Source: Candidatus Oxydemutator sp.
Lineage (GTDB): Bacteria; Pseudomonadota; Gammaproteobacteria; Poriferisulfidales; Oxydemutatoraceae
Assembly (NCBI GenBank): GCA_965203445.1
Contig: OZ241883.1
Coordinates: forward strand, 608,001 to 672,000
Length of the DNA: 64,000 nt
Reading direction: 5' to 3'
Below the pieces are notes generated by a model. The model ran no database searches. It worked only from the letters and a program-made list of their open reading frames with translations, and had not been told where the DNA came from. Shown in pieces: positions 34,701-38,077 of this stretch. The position numbers were made by a program, and so were the translations under genes. Positions within the stretch are counted from its first letter, which is position 1. Every line of letters begins with the position of its first letter.

Positions 34701-36972
34701 GCCCCGCGCTCACCACCGGCGCGTCGTTCGGCCCCGGCAACACCTCGACCGACACCTCGGCCGACGAACTCGCATTGCGCCCGTCCGTCACCGTCAGACG
34801 GAACACCAGCGTCGCCGTCTCCGCCAACTGCATCGGCGCCGTGAACGTCGCGGTTACCGACTGCGCGTTCGTCAGCGTGACTCCCCTGCCGCTGACCTGA
34901 CGCCAGTCATATCCCAACTCCTCTCTCTCCGGATCGCTGCTGCCGGTGCCGTCCAGCGTTACCACCTCGCCCTCGCCCACCACCTGATCGGCGCCCGCGT
35001 CCGCCGTCGGCGCGTCGTTCTCGCCCGGCACCACCTCGACCACCACCGTGTCCGTGCCCACCGCGTCGCGCGCGTCCGTTACCGTCAACTCGAACACCAG
35101 CGTCGCCGTCTCCGCCAACTGCATCGGCGCCGTGAACGTCGCGGTGGTCCTGGAACCTATCGTCGCTCCCGTCAGCGTTACTCGACCGCCGCCGATCTGA
35201 CGCCAGCCATACCGCAACTCCTCTCTCTCCGGATCCCTGCTGCCGTCGCCGTCCAGCGTTACCATCTCGCCCTCGTCCACCACCTGATCATCGCCCGCGT
35301 CCGCTATCGGCGCGTCGTTCTCGCCCGCGCGCACCGTGATCACCACCGTGTTCGTCGTCTGACCGCTCAACTGCCGCTCTCTCGGCGACGACAAGCCGCG
35401 CGTGTCCGTCGCCACCAGCACGAACGTCAGGGTCTCGCTGCTCACCAACTGCACCGGCGCCAGGAACGTCGTGCTGCGCGCTGCGACGTCGTGCAACGAC
35501 ACCTGACTGCCGCTGATCTGACGCCAGCCATACACCAGCATCTCGTCCTCCGGATCGCTGCCATCGCCGGCCAGCGTCACCAACTGGCCCTCGTCCACCA
35601 CCTGGTCGGCGCCCGCGTCCGCTACCGGCGCGTCATTCTCGCCCGGGCGCACCGTGATCACCACCGTGTTCGTTGTCCGATCGCTCAACTGACGTTCCAC
35701 GGGCGACGACAGACCCCGCGTGTCCGTCGCCACCAGCACGAACGTCAGGGTCTCGCTGCTCGCCAACTGCACCGGCGCCAGGAACGTCGTGCTGCGCGCT
35801 GCGGCGTCGTGCAACGACACCTGACTGCCGCTGATCTGACGCCAGCCATACACCAGCATCTCGTCCTCCGGATCGCTGCCATCGCCGGCCAGCGTCACCA
35901 ACTGGCCCTCGTCCACCACCTGGTCGGCGCCCGCGTCCGCGACCGGCGCGCCGTTCTCGCCCGCGCGCACCGTGATCACCACCGTGTTCGTCGTCTGACC
36001 GCTCAACTGCCGCTCCCTCGGCGACGACAGTCCCCGCGTGTCCGTCGCCACCAGCACGAACGTCAGGGTCTCGCTGCTCGCCAACTGCACCGGCGCCAGG
36101 AACGTCGTGCTGCGCGCTGCGGCGTCGTGCAACGACACCTGACTGCCGCTGATCTGACGCCAGCCATACACCAGCATCTCGTTCTCCGGATCGCTGCCAT
36201 CGCCGGCCAGCGTCACCAACTGGCCCTCGTCCACCACCTGGTCGGCGCCCGCGTCCGCCGTCGGCGCGTCGTTCACGCCCGGTCGCACCGTGATCACCAC
36301 CGTGTTCGTTGTCCGATCGCTCAACTGACGTTCCACGGGCGACGACAGACCCCGCGTGTCCGTCGCCACCAGCACGAACGTCAGGGTCTCGCTGCTCGCC
36401 AACTGCACCGGCGCCAGGAACGTCGTGCTGCGCGCTGCGGCGTCGTGCAACGACACCTGACTGCCGCTGATCTGACGCCAGCCATACACCAGCATCTCGT
36501 TCTCCGGATCGCTGCCATCGCCGGCCAGCGTCACCAACTGGCCCTCGTCCACCACCTGGTCGGCGCCCGCGTCCGCCGTCGGCGCGTCGTTCTCGCCCGG
36601 TCGCACCGCGACCACTACCGTAGCCGTGCCCGTCGCGTCGCGCGCGTCCGTTACCGTCAACTCGAACACCAGCGTCGCCGTCGCCGCCAACTGCACCGGC
36701 GCCGTGAACGTCGCCACCGACGACGTCGGATTCCCCAAAACCACGTCGCCACCGCCGATCTGGCGCCAGCCGTACCTCAGCGGCTCGTTGTGCGAACTGC
36801 TGCTCGCGGCGCCGTCCAAAGTCACCACGGCGCCCTCGGACACGGTCTGATCAGGCCCGGCGTGCGCCGTCGGCGCGACCGCTTCCTGGGCGGACACGGT
36901 AGCGACAACGGACAACCCTAATAGCAATAACAGACTACGCACGCACCCCCCCCCCCCCCCCCCCCCCCCCAT
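9928..36972 (-). CDS. Giant secreted repeat protein B (~9,000 aa): signal peptide, 48 PKD/Ig-like repeats, 8 GLUG-like beta-helix/Calx-beta modules, terminal Calx-beta, C-terminal dockerin-like domain; putative adhesin
   Basis: Uninterrupted ORF 9928-37116. Start placed at ATG 36972 (alternative GTG 36942) because the signal peptide follows directly and the 48-codon upstream extension is broken in the paralogous copy before gene A. Confidence 0.93.
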   Translation of the reverse strand: MGGGGGGGGCVRSLLLLLGLSVVATVSAQEAVAPTAHAGPDQTVSEGAVVTLDGAASSSSHNEPLRYGWRQIGGGDVVLGNPTSSVATFTAPVQLAATATLVFELTVTDARDATGTATVVVAVRPGENDAPTADAGADQVVDEGQLVTLAGDGSDPENEMLVYGWRQISGSQVSLHDAAARSTTFLAPVQLASSETLTFVLVATDTRGLSSPVERQLSDRTTNTVVITVRPGVNDAPTADAGADQVVDEGQLVTLAGDGSDPENEMLVYGWRQISGSQVSLHDAAARSTTFLAPVQLASSETLTFVLVATDTRGLSSPRERQLSGQTTNTVVITVRAGENGAPVADAGADQVVDEGQLVTLAGDGSDPEDEMLVYGWRQISGSQVSLHDAAARSTTFLAPVQLASSETLTFVLVATDTRGLSSPVERQLSDRTTNTVVITVRPGENDAPVADAGADQVVDEGQLVTLAGDGSDPEDEMLVYGWRQISGSQVSLHDVAARSTTFLAPVQLVSSETLTFVLVATDTRGLSSPRERQLSGQTTNTVVITVRAGENDAPIADAGDDQVVDEGEMVTLDGDGSRDPEREELRYGWRQIGGGRVTLTGATIGSRTTATFTAPMQLAETATLVFELTVTDARDAVGTDTVVVEVVPGENDAPTADAGADQVVGEGEVVTLDGTGSSDPEREELGYDWRQVSGRGVTLTNAQSVTATFTAPMQLAETATLVFRLTVTDGRNASSSAEVSVEVLPGPNDAPVVSAGRNQIVGEGEEVVLRGVAFDPENEMLRYQWSQTSGQPTVVLSGATSSVATFTSPSGLAEAAVLGFALRATDERGLATTALVVVRVELETNTPPVVDAGSDQVVDEGAEVTLRGSATDAEGGVLSYRWEQIGGGDVGLGNPTSSVATFTAPEQLAETATLVFRLTVTDRRDASSSAEVSVEVLPGENDAPVADAGADQVVDEGDVVTLDGVGRDPENEMLVYGWRQISGSQVSLHDAAARRTTFVAPVQLASSETLTFVLVATDTRGLSSPAERQLSGQTTNTVVITVRPGENDAPTADAGADQMVDEGDVVTLAGDGSDPENEMLVYGWRQISGSQVSLHDAGARSTTFVAPEQLVSNETLTFVLVATDTRGLSSPRERQLSGQTTNTVVITVRAGPNDAPTADAGADQMADEGDVVTLAGDGSDPEDEMLVYGWRQISGSQVSLHDAAARSTTFVAPVQLASSETLTFVLVATDTRGLSSPAERQLSDRTTNTVVITVRPGANDAPVADAGANQVVDEGEMVTLDGVASRDPEREELTYGWRQVGGRGVTLTNAMSVTATFTAPEQLAATATLVFELTVTDARDATGTATVVVEVVPGENDAPTADAGDDQVVDEGDVVTLAGAGSDPEDEMLVYGWRQISGSQVSLHDAGARSTTFVAPVQLVSSETLTFVLVATDTRGLSSPRDRQLSGQTTNTVVITVRAGENDAPLADAGDDQVVDEGDVVTLDGDGSSDPEREVLTYGWRQIGGGRVTLTGETVGAMTTATATATFTAPMQLAETATLVFELTVTDERDAVGTDTVVVEVRPGENDAPTANAGADQMVDEGAVVTLDGAGSSDPENEMLVYGWRQISGSQVSLHDAAARSTTFVAPVQLASSETLTFVLVATDTRGLSSPVEAQYAGQTTNTVVVTVRAGTNDAPVVDAGDDLLAGEGDVVVLRGSAYDPEGEELRYRWSQTSGAEVLGVALSDASSRITSFVIPTGLSSATEIAFALRVTDERDAATTDDLVVYVELGVNTPPMVDAGSDQVVDEGAEVTLRGSATDTEGGRLLYRWEQTGGIDVGLGNPTSSVATFTAPMQLAETATLVFRLTATDRRNASSSAEVSVEVLPGENDAPTADAGADQVVDEGEMVTLDGTGSSDLEREELGYDWRQVSGRGVTLTNAMSVTATFTAPMQLAETATLVFRLTVTDGRDASSSAEVSVEVLPGENDAPTADAGLDQVVDEGELVTLDGTGSSDLEREELGYDWRQVSGRGVTLTNAQSVTATFTAPEQLAETATLVFRLTVADGRNASSSAEVSVEVLPGPNDAPVVSAGRNQIVGEGEEVVLRGVAFDPENETLGYQWSQTSGQPTVVLSGATSSVATFTSPSGLAEAAVLIFALRATDERGLATTARVAVRVELGTNTPPMVDAGSDQVVDEGAEVTLRGSATDNEGGVLSYRWEQISGGDVVLGNPTSSVATFTAPEQLAETATLVFRLTVTDGRDASSSAEVSVEVLPGENDAPTADAGLDQVVDEGELVTLDGTGSSDLEREELRYDWRQVSGRGVTLTNAQSVTATFTAPMQLAETATLVFRLTVTDGRNASSSAEVSVEVLPGPNDAPVVSAGREQIVGEGEEVVLRGVAFDPENETLGYQWSQTSGQPTVVLSGATSSVATFTSPSGLAEAAVLIFALRATDERGLATTARVAVRVELGTNTPPMVDAGSDQVVDEGAEVTLRGSATDNEGGVLSYRWEQISGGDVVLGNPTSSVATFTAPMQLAETATLVFRLTVTDGRNASSSAEVSVEVLPGENDVPMADAGLDQVVDEGELVTLDGTGSSDLEREELRYDWRQVSGRGVTLTNAMSVTATFTAPMQLAETATLVFRLTVTDGRNASSSAEVSVEVLPGPNDAPVVSAGQDQVVGEGEEVTLRGVAFDPENETLRYQWSQTSGQPTVVLSGATSSVATFTSPSGLAEAAVLGFALRAVDERGLATTARVAVRVELETNTPPVVDAGSDQVVDEGAEVTLRGSATDTEGGVLSYRWEQIGGGDVGLGNPTSSVATFTAPMQLAETATLVFRLTVTDGRNASSSAEVSVEVLPGENDAPTADAGADQVVDEGQLVTLAGDGSDPEDEMLVYGWRQISGSQVSLHDAAARSTTFLAPVQLASSETLTFVLVATDTRGLSSPRERQLSGQTTNTVVITVRPGANDAPVADAGADRMVDEGDVVTLDGVGSDPEDEMLVYGWRQISGSQVSLHDAAARSTTFVAPEQLVSDETLTFVLVATDTRGLSSPVERQLSGQTTNTVVITVRAGENDAPTADAGDDQVVYEGEMVTLDGDGSRDPEREELSYGWRQIGGGRVTLTGAMIGSRTTATFLAPMQLAETATLVFELTVTDARDAVGTDTVSVTVRAGENDAPVADAGADQVVDEGELVTLDGTGSSDLEREELRYDWRQVSGRGVTLTNAQSVTATFTAPMQLAETATLVFRLTVTDGRNASSSAEVSVEVLPGPNDAPVVSAGRNQVVGSSEAVVLRGVAFDLENETLRYQWSQTSGQPTVVLSGATSSVATFTSPSGLAEAAVLIFALRATDERGLATTALVVVRVELGTNTPPVVDAGSDQVVGEGAEVTLRGSATDNEGGVLSYRWEQIGGGDVVLGNPMVAVATFTAPMQLAETATLVFRLTVTDRRDASSSAEVSVEVLPGPNDAPVVSAGQDQVVGEGEEVTLRGVAFDPENETLRYQWSQTSGQPTVMLSGATSSVATFTSPLDAVVLGFALRVTDERGLAATARVVVRVELGANTPPMVDAGSDQVVDEGAEVTLRGSATDTEGGVLSYRWEQIGGGDVVLGNPTSSVATFTAPMQLAETATLVFRLTVTDGRDASSSAEVSVEVLPGPNDAPVADAGADQVVDEGQLVTLAGDGSDPEDEMLVYGWRQISGSQVSLHDAAARSTTFLAPVQLASSETLTFVLVATDTRGLSSPVERQLSDRTTNTVVITVRAGENDAPIADAGDDQVVSEGEMVTLDGDGSRDPEREELSYGWRQIGGGRVTLTGATIGSRTTATFMAPMQLAETATLVFELTVTDARDATGTATVVVEVVPGENDAPTADAGDDQVVDEGDVVTLDGAGSDPEDEMLVYGWRQISGSQVSLYDAGARSTTFVAPVQLVSSETLTFVLVATDTRGLSSPAERQLSDQTTNTVVITVRPGANDAPTADAGFAQVVSEGAVVILDGDASNDPEKEALVYVWSQTRGVRVTLTNAMSVTASFTAPMQLVSDEELEFALRVTDTRGAVSTTATVVVTVRAGANDAPVADAGDDQVVDEGGLVTLDGDGSSDPEREDLTYGWRQIGGGRVTLTGATIGATTTTTTTVTFTAPMQLVETATLVFELTVADARGATDTDTVVVEVRAGANDAPVVDAGDNLLAGEGDVVVLRGSAYDPESEELRYRWSQTSGAEVLGVALSDASSRITSFVIPTGLSSATEIAFALRVTDERGAATTDDLVVYVELGVNTPPVVDAGSDQVVGEGAEVTLRGSATDTEGGRLSYRWEQIGGIDVGLGEPTTNRASFRAPMQLAETATLVFRLTVTDRRDASSSAEVSVEVLPGPNDAPTADAGDDQVVDEGQLVTLAGVGSDPEDEMLVYGWRQISGSQVSLHDAAARSTTFLAPVQLASSETLTFVLVATDTRGLSSPRERQLSGQTTNTVVITVRPGANDAPVADAGADQMVDEGEVVTLAGTGSDPEEEVLEYGWRQISGSQVSLRDAAARSTTFVAPEQLVSDETLTFVLVATDTRGLSSPRERQLSGQTTNTVVITVRAGPNDAPTADAGDDQVVYEGEMVTLDGDGSDPENEMLVYGWRQISGSQVSLHDAAARSTTFVAPEQLVSDETLTFVLVATDTRGLSSPRERQLSGQTTNTVVITVRAGANAAPVADAGADQMVDEGDVVTLAGVGRDPENEMLVYGWRQISGSQVSLHDAAARSTTFVAPEQLVSSETLTFVLVATDTRGLSSPVERQLSGQTTNTVVITVRAGANDAPMVDAGSDVIVREGDVVALRGVADDPEGEELTYRWRQLSGTVVEVTGATSETATFAVPRAAVAETLVFELTVADARGATGVDTVTVKVRDRVDYDFDDDNLIEVATTSQLAAIGHDLGGAGLAGVSSANEAAYRAYRAAFPLYDEMETCPGTCIGYELSADLDLSDIPNWEPIGGNVPLRDFPGDAYTAVFEGNGHVIKNLTMYHDVPPGNPAAVPTQIGLFGAVNGSGVIRNVGLRNVQVHGGYFVGALVGDNGDRGEVVASYVIGGSVSGVASVGGLVGSHYGGRLVASYAAVRVHGIESGVGGLTGDADGASVVSASYSVGLVEAESGTAFVGGLIGNRVAGSVVESSYFDVQRSLRASCCGRNPGDLNNVAPRTSYQLRTPTTAAGTIYEGWDKLNVDDVDQGGDVDYNDDSPWDFGSAFDYPVLVFGGATETRQARSRSQQEAQPQVSLAPTLIGSETVSEGGTASYVVRLPMVLPAGVRATWDWAVGGGEADAADFVNTTGTVVIRSGAVSASFSVVVRDDADTESFETMVVALSNARLTGAGVPARGVRLGVPAPVRTVIDPSDGVEKDYDVDGDTLIEVATTSQLAAIRHDLGGVGVTGVGDANNVAYRRAFPFFDEASCPGACTGYELSADLDLSDVADWTPLGGGGTPDAYTAVFEGNGHVISNLRMSGGGVYGTGLFGIVGADGRIRNVGLRNAQVDLGRSSTYTGALVGRNEGKVAASYVSGGRISGASGVGGLIGGHYGSLVASYADVEVHAEASNAGGLVGEAGAASVVSASYSVGIPTGGGLVGGLIGNRVAGAAVESSYFDKERSLRSSCCGTNAHGLDDVVAKTSSDLLFPLTATGTIYAGWDKLNVDDVDQGSDGDLNDDAPWDFGTKFDYPVLVFGGATDTEVARRTSQRETQREISLTPTFAGSETVSEGGTASYVVRFPGALPAGVTASWNWAVGGNQVNADDFDGRTSGSVVIASGASSASFSVRVRDDVITELSEVMVVALSDAMLTGAPARVSLGVPVSVRTTIEARGEIDYDLDDDTLIEVATTSQLSAIRYDLGGAGLAGVSSANEAAYRAYLAAFPLYDEMETCPGTCTGYELSADLDLSSVNPAPGPGWTPLGGGVSSFGELLGGIYTAVFEGNGHVISNLRMVRDGHWFSMGLFGTVGRDGRIRNVGLRNAQVSLGSGGRFAGALVGINLGKVAASYVIGGRISGVFEVGGLIGGHFGSLVASYADVEVHTNASGAGGLIGEVGAASVVSASYSVGRLTGGTVGGLIGIAHRDVVVESSYFDGERSGLSRCCGVNPPSPDDTSKTSSQLRVPTTAAGTLYAGWDQLNVDDVARAGGGDLNDDAPWDFGTVFDYPVLVFGGATETRAMRRTSQQQAQPQVILAATLTGSVTVSEGEAASYVVSLPEVLPTGASVRWDWVVGGDEVSIADFVGTTGSVVIPSGAVSASFSVAVRADAVTELSEVMVVTLSSAMPTGAPARARLGVPVSVMTTIEASDQMDYDLDNDTLIEVATTSQLAAIRHDLGGDGLAGVSSANEAAYRAYRAAFPHYNEMETCPGTCTGYELSADLDLSGIPDWTPLGGGVRLEDLPGDVYTAVFEGNGHVISNLRVVRNVHERWFHVGLFGNVGLGGRIRNVGLRNARMSLGRDSEGAGALVGTNQGKVAASYVSGGRISGGISVGGLIGINGGEVVASYADVEVHAGGANAGGLVGSDHSEGAVTASYSIGRPTGASANGLIGSRVTGSVVESSYFDKERSGQSRCCGRNSPSPDNTSKTSTELLFPTTVTDTIYAGWDKLNVDDVDQGRDGDLNDDAPWDFGSVFDYPVLVFGGATETEAMRRTSQQQARPEVILTPTLAGSATGPEGGIASYVVRFPAALPAGASARWSWAVGGGEVDADDFVGTTVGSVVIAAGAASASFVLRVRADGEIEMPEVMVVALSNARLAGAPQGVGLGVPLPVSTTIEFSDGIDYDEDDDTLIEVATTSQLAAIRYDLGGAGIAGVSKTNKSAYFAAFPLFGAPQTCPSTCTGYELSADLDLSSVNPAPGPGWTPIGGEVSRIRDLLGQERYTAVFEGNGHVISNLRMVRDRQSLSMGLFGAVGADGRIRNVGLRNARVSLSNDGRGIGALVGFNLGEVAASYVIGGRIGGPSVDSVGGLIGDHRGGRLVASYAAVDVHADVDVGGLVGQAGYGSVTSASYFVGTLTGRNAVGGLTGSRHIRAVMESSYFDGQRSGLSRCCGLHPLSPDDTSRPSHQLHVPTTAAGTLYAGWDRLNVDGVARADDGDLNDDAPWDFGGVFDYPVLVFGGATETRAMRRTSQQEAQRVILTPVLTGSETTSEGGTASYVVRLPLVLPAGVRASWDWSVGGDVDADDFVGTTGNVAIASGAVSASFSVTVLDDDAPEPSEVLVISLAGARLTGVPARVSLGVPVPVMTAIEASDQIDYDADDDNLIEVATTSQLAAIRHDLGGAGLAGVSSANEAAYRAYLAAFPRYDETRTCPGTCAGYELSADLDLSSVNPAPGPGWTPLGGGVPRAVPGDAYTAVFEGNGHVIRNLRVARDGEWQIGLFGRVGAGGVIRNVGLHNARVEMGGDSLFIGALVGDNEGEVLASYVIGGRVSGNAGVGGLIGGHYAGRLVASYADVEVRADGANVGGLIGEAGGASVVSASYSVGRVTGIYPIGGLIGNRVAGAVVESSYFDRERSRQSGCCGSRASHQLRAPTTAVGTLYAGWDKLHVDDVDQGDDGDYNDDAPWDFGTVFDYPVLVFGGATETMAMRRTSQQQAQPQVILAATLTGSVTVSEGEAASYVVSLPEVLPAGATVSWDWVVGGDEVSIADFVGTTGVVVIGSGAVSASFSVEVFDDAIPEFSEVMVVTLSSAMPTGAPARARLGVPVSVMTIIEASDEVDYDLDNDTLIEVATTSQLAAIRHDLGGAGLTGVSGDANRDEYLDAFPVFGQLQTCPTTCTGYELSADLDLSSIPNWEPIGGGITQAPWNYVPPERRYQAVFEGNGHVISNVTIRSANNGAARFDSVGFFGAVGVTGRIRNVGLNNVHTDVPGGSIGAGALAGYNAGKVAACYVVGDVRQVHGGWALGGLVGKLDGGVVIASYTDVPVNQRSPGESVGGLIGGVSKGGIVSASYAVSRLTGDGGSPSGFPSGGLVGDHSSGTIQVSYFDEGRSGQSDCCGSHVPATDDAPRTSAQLRAPTAAAGTIYEGWDRLNVDGLDQGRDGDYNDDAPWDFGGAFDYPVLVFGGATETQAARRTSQQQAQPEVDFAPTLTGSTVVSEGGTASYVVRLPGALPAGARASWSWAVGGGEVDADDFVGTTAGSVVIEAGASSASFLLIVRADGEPELSEVLVVTLTDARLTGVPADVSIGGPVSIRTTIELSDGTDYDDDNDTLIDVATTSQLAAIRYDLGGAGIAGVVGKANRLAYFAAFPFFDAKQTCPSTCTGYELSADLDLSSVNPAPGAGWTPLGGGGDSLLDNYYTAVFEGNGHVISNLRVVRGGRLSHAGLFGAVGAVGTVRNVGLRDAWISLGDHSTYIGALVGRNEGKVVASYVSGGRISGVWAVGGLIGGNYGGLVASYAGVEVHAEGANAGGLVGEAGVASVVSASYSVGKPTGSGIVGGLIGNRMVGAVVESSYFDRERSVQSDCCGSNVLSPDNTSKTSNQLRVPTTAAGTIYEGWDKLNVDGLDQGRDGDYNDDAPWDFGGVFDYPVLVFGGATDTQAARRTSQQQTQPRVILAPTLAGSTVVVEGGTASYVVRLPEALPPGVSARWSWAVGGEVDADDFVGTTAGNVVIAAGAASASFVLRVRADGVIEPPEVLAVTLSSARLTGAPADVRLGVPSTVARTTIAVNDPITVAARSATVSENTTATFTITLRGGGDRAVVVEYEITAASGGLTHEDLASVTVTGRAADARSVGSLPFTGSVTLNETGTATIAVRVASDQLENEGRERFRLRLTGCPNCVTHVAELGTPSFADVGIFSERVVVVDARVVLQGALLAETRRMRSDLANLLPRRQPYGALPWGHPVTTTVPHAGAAVGLAGVTSTIVDWVLVELRTGQSTTAAASSRPSTGGRAAGLLLSDGRIAGINEAASSVADALSLDGVRFELKPPEGEHLYVLIHHRNHLPVMSAVPAAATTGADCEADYCVDFRVGQSHGDGQIAVGAGRYAMVAGDVDRNGVIDERDEVLIRVYNLTSLGVADYRAAAAAGHYAVDADVDFDGEVLSADRYFVIENKGRRRTFSVH
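11110..22415 (-). repeat. Array of 8 beta-helix/Calx-beta modules (~1.4 kb) in gene B
   Basis: Caps at ~22407, 20958, 19581, 18165, 16758, 15345, 13959 and 12507. Motifs CPxTCxGYEL, YTAVFEGNGHVI, GLFG, NVGL, GxLVG, SSYFD..CCG, APWDFG..FDYPVL, then a Calx-beta-like SEG...DF....G...I..G..SASF.V.V.DD...E..E. Confidence 0.88.
22420..36885 (-). repeat. Intragenic tandem array of 48 PKD/Ig-like domains (~95-106 aa) in gene B
   Basis: 48 P-x-x-(D/S/H/N)AG-x-x-Q...EG..V.L.G...DP....Y.W.Q units counted. 318-bp period at 36223/36541; 870-bp three-domain period at 29306/30176. Confidence 0.88.
36889..36942 (-). other. Sec-type signal peptide of gene B
   Basis: VRSLLLLLGLSVVATVSA|QEA. Confidence 0.75.
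36946..36970 (-). repeat. Poly-G tract (G25) at the start of gene B; candidate phase-variation switch, ON as assembled
   Basis: 25 consecutive C on the + strand. ATG 36972-36970 reads M-G8-CVRSLLLLLG in frame. Confidence 0.9.
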
Positions 36973-37172
36973 CACAAACCGCCGAGCGTTCACGCTTTCG
37001 CGCACTTTCTCGTGACCGGCGGCAACGCGTCGGGAGCAGTCGCTTGCGACAAGATAGATGCAGGTGCGCCCGATACGGACGGCACGCGCCCTAAGGCCAG
37101 GGAAAGGAAATACCATGCTAGTAGGGAACTGTAGGCTATACGCCCTGATCCATGAGAATGGGCGATTGAGGA

Positions 37173-37181
37173 ATTATATCA
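37173..37181 (-). promoter_or_regulatory. Putative extended -10 promoter (TGATATAAT) for gene B
   Basis: Same motif at the homologous position, ~200 nt upstream of ATG 36972. Confidence 0.55.
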
Positions 37182-37263
37182 AGCAATTAGATCAATTCCA
37201 TTCCGACTCCTGACAGATGAATACAAGTTATTGTTCTCTCTTACTTTTATAATCATTACAGGA

Positions 37264-37282
37264 AACGACCAAGCCGGCCATT
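37264..37282 (-). terminator. Possible weak terminator or stabilising hairpin after the gene C stop
   Basis: AATGGCC-GGCTT-GGTCGTT, homologous to 9907-9925. Confidence 0.25.
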
Positions 37283-37284
37283 GC

Positions 37285-38077
37285 CTAATGCACCGAAAAC
37301 ATCCTGCGCCGACCCTCGTTCTCTATCACGAAATACCGATCGGCGGACAACACCTCGCCGTCAAAGTCCACGTCCGCGTCCACCGCGTAATGGCCGGCCG
37401 CGGCCGCGGCGCGGTAGTCGCCCGCACCCAACGACGACAAGTTGTACACGCGTATCAATACTTCGTCCCGTTCATCAATCACGCCGTTTCGATCCACGTC
37501 GCCCGCGACCATCGCATACACGCCCGCCCCCACTGCAATCTGCCCGCCCCCGTGCGACTGCCCGACGCGGAAGTCCACGCAGTAGTCCGCCTCGCAACCG
37601 GCGCCCGTGGTCGCGGCCGCCGGTATCGCCGACATCACCGACAGATGGTTGCGGTGGTGGATCAGCACGTACAGGTCCTCCCCTTCGGACAGCTCCGCCT
37701 CAAAGCGCACGCCGCCCAATGACAGCGCGTCCGCCACCGACGACGCCGCCTCGTTTATCCCCACGATGCGACCGTCGCTCAACAGCAGACCCGCGGCGCG
37801 ACCGCCCGTCGGCGGCCGCGACGACGCGGCCGCGGTCGTGTTCTGGCCGGTGCGCAACTCCACCAGCACCCAGTCCACTATCGTCGAGGTGACACTGGCC
37901 AGGCCGACCGCCGCGCCCGCGTGCGGCACCGTCGTCGTCACCGGGTGCTCCCACGGCAACGCGCCGTACGGCTGGCGCCTCGGCAACAGACCCGCCAAGT
38001 CGCTCCTCATCCGACCGGCCCCGGCAAGCAACGCCCCCTGCAAAACCACTCGCGCGTCCACCACTACGACCCTCTCG
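37285..38077 (-). other. Conserved C-terminal domain of C with dockerin/EF-hand-like Ca-binding loops
   Basis: Same motifs as in B; ends RRRMFSVH. Confidence 0.65.

Noticed and set aside
21790-36921. Very long + strand ORFs (1824 aa and 2972 aa) and similar Arg/His-rich ORFs across the window
   Set aside because: Antisense shadows of GC-rich repetitive coding sequence. They repeat with the real gene's period and have implausible composition.
9928-36972. Classification as RTX/T1SS adhesin, autotransporter or Zmp/M26 metalloprotease
   Set aside because: No GGxGxD nonapeptide array, C-terminal beta-barrel or HExxH motif noticed. The Sec signal and paired Cys point to a different export route.
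36973-37116. 48-aa N-terminal extension of gene B given by the ORF track (MVFPFPG...)
   Set aside because: The paralogous copy (ATG 9759) has -1/+1 indels and hits a TGA, there is no SD, and it would bury the signal peptide.
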